Source: Trichosphaerium sp. ATCC 40318
Taxonomy: Eukaryota > Protista > Tubulinea
NCBI GenBank assembly: GCA_038496445.1
Contig: JALMLS010000268.1
Span: forward strand, 62,001 to 126,000
DNA: 64,000 nt
Reading direction: 5' to 3'
In this document: positions 11,233 to 21,800 of the stretch, piece by piece
How the letters are laid out: the number at the start of each line of letters is the position of its first letter
Position numbering within the stretch: the first letter of the stretch is position 1
Translations under genes and position numbers: made by a program
The notes under the pieces: generated by a model
Databases searched by the model: none
Told to the model about the DNA's origin: nothing
Seen by the model: only the letters and a program-made list of their open reading frames with translations

Positions 11233-13979
11233 TTACAAATCTTTTATTTGAGTAAATTTCTGTCTTGCTTGGTTAATCACTGCAATAATGATATCTTGAT
11301 TGGTGGTTGAAGATCTAACACATTGCATAGCTTCTTTAACCTTCTTTATATGATCTTGTTCACCTATCATTGAAGCATCACTTGTATCTAACATTTCAAG
11401 AGCAAGAGGAATAATTTGGTCTTTTCTCTTTTGTTTGTCGAGGTTAATAATCAAAACACAGTATGCGTAAGGATTCTTTGGATCAAGGGTAATCGCCTTA
11501 CGCAGTATTCGCTCAGCACGTGGTCGACTATTCGAAAAAAAAACGAATTAAAAAAAAAAAACCAACAATGTGAAGGTTCCGTACTTGTTTTTAAACAGAC
11601 CAACATCCCAATTGTATAACTCACCTATCATTAAAATAACGTTAACTCTTTAAATATTATGCCTAGTTTATGCACAAAGCAGCGTTCATACCAAGTATTG
11701 CAGTGTACCAATAATGATCAGGTTGTATTTCAACCAAACGAGAAAAAATACTGATTCCTTTTTGTAAATCTATTTTACCTAATATGTATAAGCCGGTAAA
11801 GCAATGTAATGCAAACCATTAAAAAAGATCATAATTGGAAAGGTTGTGATCTATTTCAAACGAAAAATGCAACGGATTATGGCACGTGTTTATAAAAGTC
11901 TAGTCAAAAATGCATTTGTTTACCTTGTGATGTTGCAACAAAAAAGTCCTTGGCTTGCTGTTCCAATGAAGCAAACTCTGGGTTATGATCTCCCTGTACC
12001 TAAATAAGCTCTTAGCAACACTAAGGGAGTACAACAGCACCTTGTCTATCTCATCAGCGTATTCCGGATATGTTTGTTTAGCTTTGTTTACAAATTGTTG
12101 GTAAAGAGCTGATTGATTTGAAGCGTTAGCAAGCTCAAGAGCTACCTATAATACTAGGTTCAATAAAATGCGAAGTCTACAGTACAAAGATATTACTTTG
12201 AGACCATGAAATAGCCAATCAGGCTTGTCTTTGTCTGTTGAGATCTTAGGGCAATCCACCATTTTTTGTATTACTGGAAAAATCTCTTTGTGACGTTCTA
12301 TTTATGTAGTTAGCTCGAAGGTTTTGTTTTCGTTCTCTGAGACAGTACTTTGAAGGGATAGATTTGATGCGAGATATGCATACGCATATGGTAGAATAGC
12401 ATATGTTTCGATGCACTTACGGAAGCATTGTTCACCAACTTTGACATACTTGCCTACAAAACAAAGTAAATGAAAAGACATTGAAAGATTGTTACTCTTA
12501 CTTCCAGGTTGGAACGTTAGCGTGGCTCCAGCGCCTACTATCATCTCATAATCAAATATTTCATCGTATTGAAGAACTTTAAGTATGGTGGCGCTAGCCT
12601 AAGGGAAAATATAAACAAAAAGAACCACGTTGATTTTTCAGTACTTTTTTAAAGTCCTTGCTTGCCAATTGCTTCTTTGCCTCCAACAGTAATTTCTGTG
12701 CTTGCGCACTGTGCTGCATTTTTTCTTGAGCCCATTTATCTGCAGGACGGCCTGGCGATAGTTTTGACGAACCAACCATAAGCGAGCTATCAGCTCTTAG
12801 GCACTATTGTCAATATTTAGTAACAAAAATATAATTTGTAAAGTACCTGTTCAACAGTATTCTTCATTCCTGGCCAGTCCAACCAAATATCTTTTAATGG
12901 TTCCGGATGATATTCTTCATCTGTTGTGGGTGTAAGAAAAATCATTAAGGTTCAAAGAAAGTGGTTGTACCTTTGCGAACATTAACGCGAAAGTATATGC
13001 CATATCTAATAGACCCAGAGGTGTTAGGTGCTACAGAGTGTGCCAGTTGATAGTGCGCTATGACCACATCTCCTGGTTTTGCACGTATTTGTACTGGGGC
13101 AGATAACGGCAATGGAGGCAAACCTAGTACCACACTTAGCACAAAATTGTAAAACACAGTTGTCTTACTCTCTATTCCTCTTGCTTTTACACCTTCACAG
13201 CCGTTCTTTTTAAAATACTGTTGTATTATTCTATGAGATCCAGGATATACAACAAGATTACCAGCAAAATCTGCATCTGTATCACTAAAGGAAAGTTTAG
13301 TACTTCGAAAAAGAGTTGAGAAACATGTACCTTAAATATACCCCTACCAAACACGTGAAATTTTTTATTGTTCCAAATTGTTGTGTTACTCCATCCGGCA
13401 TCCCTTTTCATGTGAGTTAGTGCATTGCTATACACCACGCTTTATTAATTACCATCTATATGCCATGCTTTATTCCAGTACGGCAACGGATGTTGTGCAT
13501 TGTCATCAACACAAAGGTAGCCAGGAAAACGAAGTGCAATTTGACCTTGTATCAGAAAGTTAAGTTTTTAACGTGACCGGTTTGCGTACCTCCGAATGCT
13601 GCCACCGGTTTACCTATAAGTTCTGAAACGATAGGAGTAAGTTCTGTACTGTGGTATAGGTTTGTTATTGCTGGGTTGACAACTAAGTGAGGAAAGTTGG
13701 TGCTTTTGTTAGCTTTCTCCATATCTGCCGGAGAAACGCCTATAGTACGTGATCAGTTATATATAACGGTGACCATACCCTTTTAGAGCGTTTAACGTAC
13801 CTTTACCCAATTCCAAGTTAATTTTTCTTAACGCGTTTTCTCTGTATTGCTTTGGCACCACATTGCGTAGTAGTAAGTATCCGTCCCTAAAAAACTGCTT
13901 TCGTTGGTCACCTGTTATTCCTACAAATTTGCGTTAGTGTACACAAGAGTCTATGGTAATGGTTACTTTGGTTAGCCAT
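11233..13979 (-). CDS. PhyH-like 2OG-Fe(II) dioxygenase with C-terminal TPR-like repeats (multi-exon)
   Basis: QFFRDGYLLLRNVV, AWHIDG (HxD), GNLVVYPGSH and AKPGDVVIAHYQLAHSVAPNTSGSIRYGIYFR. The C-terminus has TPR-like GEQCFRKCIETYAILPYAYAYLA and AERILRKAITLDPKNPYAY. Confidence 0.8.
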
Positions 13980-14070
13980 TATTTAACGGTTTAAACAAAT
14001 AGTGTTACAGCTTAATAGCATTTAAGTACAGTGTAGCACTTTTTGTTAACGCAGTTGGTTGTTTAATGGT

Positions 14071-15559
14071 ATGCGCTTGGCAGTACGACGTACGCATAAA
14101 GAATCTGTCAGTAGTACAGAAAATGATTTTTAAGTAACAGTGGTTTTGTTTTGTTTTTAATTCCCTCCAGGCAAACCTAATAGAATGCCCTTGGGCTACT
14201 GGACCACAGAGAATCAAAAGCATTTTTTAGATGCCATTGTAGCGCCAAAACTCAGAATAAATACGTTTGATGAGTGGTACAAGATAAATTATTCCCAAAT
14301 AAGGACTCTAGGAGGCACAGGCCTCATGTTTAAGTAAATATATTTTCTACAGCGTAAATCAACTTCATAACTCCATTAACGCTTCCATAGATACAATGAT
14401 TCAATGTCTAAGACACTTAAGACGCTATTCAAAGACTTCACGTGGGAACCTTGGCGCTTCGAGTGCGTTCCCTTTTAACCTCGAACAATGTCAAATCGAT
14501 GTATTAACTCTTTGTAGCGTAGCTCCCAAGCGCTGTTGGGGAGATGCTATGTACCAAAGGAGTAAAATAGAGGCCATAGGAAAGAAATTAGGTGTAAAGC
14601 AACTAGATGATTGGCACTATATTACAAGCGATGATATAGCCTCACAGGGTGGTATAACGATACTAGACAAGTGCGTTAAAATAGTCACACTAGTCTTACA
14701 ATATTTAAAGGTACAGTCGATGCGTTTCGAGGCTTTTAAGGAACACATTCCATGAATATAATTGGTCAGATTGGAAGTTCAAGTAAGATTGATATTTCGA
14801 ATGGGTTTAATCTAATTGTACACAGAATGCCTCCAAGGAATTGCTGGGATAGCGCCACTAATCAAAGAGGGAAACTAGATGATATAAGCGAACATTTAAG
14901 GATCATGGAGTTAGATATGTGGACATTACATACTCAGAGTGAAGTAGTTAAACATGGCGGTGCTGGGCTGCTTGACAAGTGCGTATAGAGCTTATGTTAT
15001 GCTGTTTACTTATGTAATTAGGTATGATGGATCTTTATCATTGTGCCTTCGTACTGTTTACCCTTGGCATCCATGGACGTTCAAGAAAGCAAAAAATCCA
15101 AAAGGGTTTTGGCAACAGTCGAAAAACCAACAAGCTTTTTTACTGCAAACAGCTAGTCATTATAAAATTAAAAGCCATGAAGACTGGTACGTATAATTTA
15201 TGTAATAAGAATGTTACATTATCACCATACAGGACAAATTTTCTGTTGTTCTTCACGGCATTTTTTCTTATTTTTTTCCTTTTTCTAGGTACAGAGTTTC
15301 AACAAGTCAAATAACACAAGTTGGTGGAAAGTGCATACTACCTCTATTTCCTCAAGTTCTTGGTCTCATAAACGTATCTTTGGATTGGCAAAGCTTTCCT
15401 GGAATGTCTAAAAAGAGTAAACAATGGTACAAGTCGGATGAATATTTTCGAGTTTATGAAAACTATTTGTTAACAATTCTCCGCCATAGGTGGTTACAAA
15501 AATGTGTTAGGAATCTTACACGAAAACAATTAAGTGATGATAAATTATTATTGACATGA
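14071..15559 (+). CDS. Trp-rich tandem helical-repeat protein (about 4 repeats of about 75 aa), possibly organelle-targeted
   Basis: Repeating unit P-x-x-x-W...(N)Q...D[EDM]W...GG-x-x-LL-x-K|Y...W: MPLGYWTTENQ, APKRCWGDAMYQ, PPRNCWDSATNQ, NPKGFWQQSKNQ. Intron positions recur at equivalent points in successive repeats. Arg-rich N-terminus MRLAVRRTH. Confidence 0.7.
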
Positions 15560-15868
15560 TCGCATACAGAACAGCTATTTGCTCTAAGCGTGTATAGCCA
15601 AAGAAAGAGACGATGTTGATGGTAGTATTCATCAAACGTAGAAGAAATCTCAAACTCTCAGAACTGTAGTGTAAGTTGACATAGCACCCAACGCATCTCG
15701 GCCGGTGACAGGTCATATAATAAGAAAACATGGAGATAGCGTATTTAACATACTACTTTAACTCTAGTATGAAGTACGAACTATATTTGGTAACAACATG
15801 TGTATTTGGAGCTCAATAGATTACAAAAATAAAACATTAGCTAATTTACAATTTTTTACAAAACAAAT

Positions 15869-16819
15869 TCAGCTGTCTACTTCCATAGCATCTACTGAAA
15901 AATGGCTATCTGAATCATAGAAACCGCCCCAATTATCATTGCTAGCCTCTACAAAGAAGCTGCAACTGTCTATATCCATGGCGTCTATACCCTGTGCAGT
16001 GCTAGCATCCAAAAAAGAGTTTAATGCATCATTAAAATAGCTTTCGGGTTCTTCATCTGAATCACTGTTGGAAGGGTCTTCATCAGGATCGTAGTCAGAA
16101 GGGTCATAGTCAGGAGTATTTTCATCTGCAGAAACAAGTTTGGTGACACGTGACCATATGGGGGCTTTTAATTCTAATCCTTTCATCTTGTATTGAGATA
16201 AATCAAAATATTGTCTCCCAGTAAGATGTGACACGTGTTGCAATAGTACAGTATCAGCAAAAGTATTTAATTCTTCACGTTTGGCATCAAAAATTATTGT
16301 TCTTACAGGTTTAAAAGCAACCTTAAACCGCCAAAAGCCAACAGCCTCGGGTAATGCAACAACATATAACTTATAACCTGAGGCATGTCTAAATAGGTCT
16401 GTCACGAAGTTTACCACCAACACAGCGTATCCATTACCCCGAAATTGTTTTGGTGTCTGTAGAAACTCGATAACCGCGATTCGCTTTCTCTCGCTTAAAC
16501 TAACTCGTATTGCGCATACATCTTTGACTTCATCCATATCTTTACGGGATAATACAGCATAATATAGTCTTTTGTCTTCTTTGGCGTATTCTAAGCAATC
16601 TTCTTGCGGGTTTGTTTCAAACGAATTGTTTATTACTCTAGATCCCCTTCGTATTAAATCTACGCTGCTACCATGTTCAAGAACTAAAGATATTCGTTTT
16701 GTAAATTCCACTACTATCGCTTCTCCTTTTGGCGCTTTAGGCATGAAGGGGTACTTAATCATTATGTGTATAAGGTGTGAACGGTATTGCTGTTCGTTCG
16801 TAGTGTTGACTTTAATCAA
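15869..16819 (-). CDS. Intronless GNAT-family N-acetyltransferase with acidic tail
   Basis: IEFLQTPKQFRGNGYA (motif A, R-x-x-G-x-A) and ALPEAVGFWR (motif B); D/E-rich C-terminus. The true start may be a downstream ATG. Confidence 0.8.
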   Translation of the reverse strand: MIKVNTTNEQQYRSHLIHIMIKYPFMPKAPKGEAIVVEFTKRISLVLEHGSSVDLIRRGSRVINNSFETNPQEDCLEYAKEDKRLYYAVLSRKDMDEVKDVCAIRVSLSERKRIAVIEFLQTPKQFRGNGYAVLVVNFVTDLFRHASGYKLYVVALPEAVGFWRFKVAFKPVRTIIFDAKREELNTFADTVLLQHVSHLTGRQYFDLSQYKMKGLELKAPIWSRVTKLVSADENTPDYDPSDYDPDEDPSNSDSDEEPESYFNDALNSFLDASTAQGIDAMDIDSCSFFVEASNDNWGGFYDSDSHFSVDAMEVDS

Positions 16820-16956
16820 TCAACGACTTGTCAAATGATATTTTGCCTCAAAACGTCGCTTAAGCAGTTTCATTGAAAATAAAGTTTGTTTTTGATTTTT
16901 CGGCACAAAATGGTTCAATACTGTTATTTATAGTATAAATAAGTAATAGGCACTGA

Positions 16957-18415
16957 ATGGATAACCCGGATGGTGGTTTGAAACGCTTAGAGACTTTCCC
17001 TCACGAGATTCTTGTATTAATCTGCTACAACCTTGATGTGGAGCATATAATAGCGCTTGGAGCAACTTGCAAGGCATTTAATTTGTTTTCAGTTGATAAT
17101 AATTTGTGGTATTGCTTGTACGTCCAACACTTCAAATCAGAGCCTTCAGGTACCACTTTCTGCGTGTAAAAGAATTTTTAATTAAATGACAAGGAAACAA
17201 TATTAAGGCATCTTTTATTTACGATTGGACGCACAAGGTACTTGAGTTTAACTATTTGCCGTCAAACACAATTAACCGCTTTTGTGTTTAGCTGACTTTT
17301 CTCAAAATCGTTGAGTGAGTTCCTCCAAGACAGCAATAGCTTGTGTTCTAATATGTTATCCCAGGTCAAACACAGTATTAGAGAACCCAAATATTTCAAT
17401 ACGATACGATGACGCAGAGTTGGCTAATTTGGCAAACAATCCAGTACCTACCATCAATTAATAAGATTAAACAAGGACCTACCAGTAAGTTTAGGCAACG
17501 TGTTGTATTGGTGGAGAAACAGGAGTGGGATGTGTAAGTAAAAAAAACCACCTTAATGTTTTCCTCGTTTTTTCCAACTGTTATGTGCATGTGGTACCAT
17601 ATGTTAATCAGTTTTTTGGTATCAGACATCCATAGTTTCAAAGTATATAACTGAGTGGGTAAATGATGATTATACTCCAAAGTTCGGTATGTAATAATAT
17701 GAATGAAGATATTTTTTTAAATGTTGAACTTACATTCTTCAATTTAGAGCAAACAAACCTGCTTGTTTCGAAAAAACATCATGAGATTCTGCTGAAATTG
17801 TCTACAAATACTCTCGACATGTACAAGTTTTCTTGTGGTGTTTTTTTTTAACTAATGCTACCTGTAGTACTACTGACTTTGATTCTTTGTTTCCCATAGA
17901 ACGAAGCCAAATATTTGTACTTGTGTACTCTATATCTAGTAGACATAGTTTTGATCATGTTTCACTTTTTAGACAGACCGTTTTAGACATAAAACGGAGA
18001 GATACAGTTAGATTCATATTAGTATGAACAATGTATTTTCTTGTTTTTTTCTTATTCAGTGTAGGTTGCAAATAAATGCGATTTAAAAGATAGTAGAGAA
18101 GTGGATGATGATGAAGGGATGGCACTTGCAGAGTCATGGGGTGTACCTTTTCTAAAAGTGAGTTGTAAGACAGGGAAGAATATTCAACTTCTTTTTTATA
18201 ATATTGTTGATATTCATGAACACATGGTTGCAGAAAAAGAAAGGCGCAGGTACTATATTATTCAAGAAAGCCTTGTTTACAATGTGCTTTACCTCTTCTT
18301 CATTCTTTTTAAATATTTATTATGCCTGTGGCTCATTTATTGTGTTTACAGCATGGTACCTTTGATAAAAAAAATTGTAAAGGCAATATTTGGTACAAGC
18401 AACCAGTTAAAATAA
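16957..18415 (+). CDS. F-box + Ras-like small GTPase domain + C-terminal transmembrane segment (multi-exon)
   Basis: LETFPHEILVLICYNL..LGATCK (F-box); IGGETGVGC|TSIVSKY (G1-like), IFVLVYSISSRHSF, VANKCDL (G4), FLKVSCKTGKNI (G5); hydrophobic tail VLYLFFILFKYLLCLWLIYCVY. Confidence 0.75.
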
Positions 18416-18843
18416 GCAATAATTATATCCTGTAAGCTCATAATAAACTACGCTATTATCCTACAACTAAGGTCACGTCTCTCTTACACGAATTCTCATC
18501 TTTCGTGTGCCCTTAACGTTTCAGGATATGTGCTATTAATTCAATTGGAAGCGCAACAAGGTCAAATAACCGCCGATTTGGCAACTAAAAAAAGGCATTG
18601 ACCAAAATCAGAAGTTGTGGTTGTATAACGTCGTACATGAATAACAAGGTACATCACATTGAGAACTAGTGGTAACAAAGCGACAATATTGGATCCATCA
18701 TTCTCAATCCACTGAAAATTGAGAGGCGGTACAGTAAAAATTCTACCGTAAATCACCAACATTCTTGTAATTTTTTGAAGTTTTTGTGTATCCTGGCTTA
18801 ATTGAGCTAAGTTTTCGAAAACAAACCAGTCATATAGGGCCAC

Positions 18844-21800
18844 ATGGAGCTATGTATTAAGAATACTGGAGGTTTGAAGCAGTTTTATTGTTAGAAGTTA
18901 ACGAAGTATAGGTGGCGTTGAGAAATTAACTGTACAGCCAACTACTACTATTCGCGAAGTCATAAACGAACTTAAAATCGCCATTGATGCTGAACCAGGC
19001 ACAAAAATAACGATAATTAATTATGGTGCGCAAAATGGCTCAATGACTCGATTCAAGCGTTATACAATAACTAAACACTTCGTAAAACAGGAAAATTTGT
19101 GAAAGAATCAGATAAAACAATTGCAGAAGAGAACCTGCGCACTAGCCCTAACTTGTATTTTTTGGTATGTATCCTATCTTTTTTGGATAAGTTGGAGCTC
19201 TCTTTAACGTTCAGGATTAGGTTCAACCACCTTCTAACTTTAAAATTAATGTCGGAGTACGTACAAACACTATGTGTAAGCAATCGCTTTAACATCTTTT
19301 TGTTAAGACTCTCACTGGCAAGACTATCCCGTTAGATGTTAGAAGCACTGATACGGTAAGATCATAACAAGAGGTTTACTATCGGGCCAAGAACCTTACT
19401 TCTTTGACAAGGTATTGAGTGTAATGCATAAAATCCAAGACAGAGAAGGTGATATAATTATAGAAGTATCACGTGCTCACTCATATAGGGATTCCACCTG
19501 ATCAACAACGTCTTATTTGTGCTGGAAAAGCGCTCACTGGCATATTTAACAAGACAATTAAAGAAATAGCAGACTTAGGATCCCCTCAGATGCAATCATC
19601 CTCCAACACAGCTGCACCTAAGGAAGATATTATTGGAGGGATTTGGTGCCCTAACCGAACTTGGCTTGTGTACACAAATACGAAATTCATTTAGATTAAC
19701 AAAGACACTAACTTTTTTTTTTGAAGGGGTTCAACAATCGTTGGAATCGCTGTAGTGCGTACTTACGATCCTAAAACCGGATTGCTTGTACCACTTGAAG
19801 ATGAATCGGTAGCCATTGAATTTGTTCGAGTTGATGATGGGGCACTAGTTAGAGCACAGAAAGTTGCTGTAAAAGATGTTGCAATCTTTGAATTTCCAAT
19901 AAATCAAGTACGAATGAACCATCCATGTTGTTCTCGTAATATCTCACAATTGAGTAGTATGCTACACCAGGGGACCACTCTCTAATATTGAAACGTGGAG
20001 TTGAAGTGTTAGCACGTTTTGAACTCGAATGCAAGAGTTACCAGAAAAAGCCATTTATTGTAAGCTCTAAAAATCAACCACTCTTTCTTATTGTCTTCAA
20101 GGTCTCAGGGCTACCTTATGACAGTATATACATGAACGATAACATTCCTGATTCTTTATCATTAACACTAAGCTATCCTACTGGTGAGCCTATAAGCAAG
20201 GTACAGCAAACTGATTTGTGTTGTGAAAATGGCTAACTATACGGAACAGAGAGTTCAAGTTAGTCTTCGCTTGAAAGTTGCTGACGGAAACCCATACAAA
20301 ACCTCGGTAAACAGACTCAAGCCTAGCGATGAGGGAGTTATTTATCTACCACTGAGGAAAGCATCTGCGGATATGTCTATCGCAAAAGCACTGGGCATAT
20401 CCGAATGGGACATTAAAATCACTATTCCTGATTTGTATGTACAATTCAAGGCTTGTTATAACCTAATTGTTCGAGCTTTAGGGCGGAGCTTAAATTTAAT
20501 GGAAGATTTGTAGTAACTGATACACCTGTGATATTTACAGCGACTACTACAGCTCTCACCGACACTATAAAGGCACGCTCAACCAAAACCTTATAAAAAA
20601 CTTACAAGTTTCTACCATTCAGATTTCCGGTGTTGACGCTTTTGGTGTTCCTCTCCCTCCCGGCACACCTATATCTATAAGATTTCCAGATAATGATGCA
20701 AAGTTTGTAAACGAGAACTACAATATTCAAGACGATGGAAGCATAAACGTAGTATTGAAAGAAGGTGGCAGTGAACTTCCGTTTGCTTTCATCAACAAAA
20801 CAAAGGAATCAACTGATGACAGTGATGACGAAGGTTTTGGCGACTTTGGTGCCTTCTTAGATGAAGATTTAGGGCCTAAGCAAACCTTATCTGTTACGAT
20901 CAGTACCCTCAAAGGAGCGCTGGTTACTCAAACAATTGTTTTAGAGTGCGTCTTTGTAAAAGTGACGAAGTCATTCTTGTGTTGGTGCTGACGATCACGG
21001 TTTTCTTTAGAAACATTGTTGATGAAGCTTGTCAAGACAGTGTTATATCAATGTCTGTTACACCAAAAAAAGACGAATATCAAGTTGGAGAAGAGTTAGC
21101 TGTTGACGTTTCTTTGCTCTCAACAAAGGTACATAAAGCCATTGTTTTAAATGTCTTGTATTGCCTCTTATATATGTATCTAGGACGGAGAGCTCGTTAA
21201 AGAATCTCAAAATTGTATCATGGGGTTGTATTGTGGAGACAAAAAGATCTTGACCCGTTGCGAAGAATCAACAAATGGCAAAGCCACTTTTAACTTTAGC
21301 ATTCCTTCAGAATGCAACAAATCATGTACTCTCTCAATTATGGCGCCAAACGTGAGTATCAAAATAACTTAATATTCTAACGCTGTATAGTGTGTTATTG
21401 CTTCAGTTCCTATTCCCATCAATACTGAAAGTACTGGACAATTCTTTGGTGTTGACGTGTCAAGTGATAAATCAAATGATTGTTTTGCAACATCACAAAA
21501 GATAACTATTGTACAGTTTGTTAAAATACACAAATGTTAATGTGATTTAGAAATGTGGGTTAAAACATCCACTGAAGTCTGATGCTCGCGTTGTAGCGTT
21601 CCGGCGTGATGTTAGAATACCCAATGCAGTTCCTTCTAGCAATCTTAAAAAGGTGCAACTTTTTAATAACAATATTTGCTGACTCAATGCTTTTGTTAGA
21701 CGTTTGAACAAGCTGAAATGCTGCGGGAAAACGTCAGGATTACTTCTTGGATCAGTGAAGAATGCGTAGCTCTTCTTTATAGGCATAAAGGAGCTCCATT

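Noticed and set aside
18637-18843. Possible extra upstream TEP exons, including an ..ENLRGGT frame near 18720
   Set aside because: They require weak, very short introns and show no UBL-like sequence before LRGG. They contain no signal peptide either way; left unresolved.
19290-19310. Apparent frameshift in a ubiquitin-like IFVKTLTG sequence
   Set aside because: A 51-nt GTACGT..AAG intron (19257-19307) gives an in-frame [12 protein letters not shown], so no frameshift is needed.
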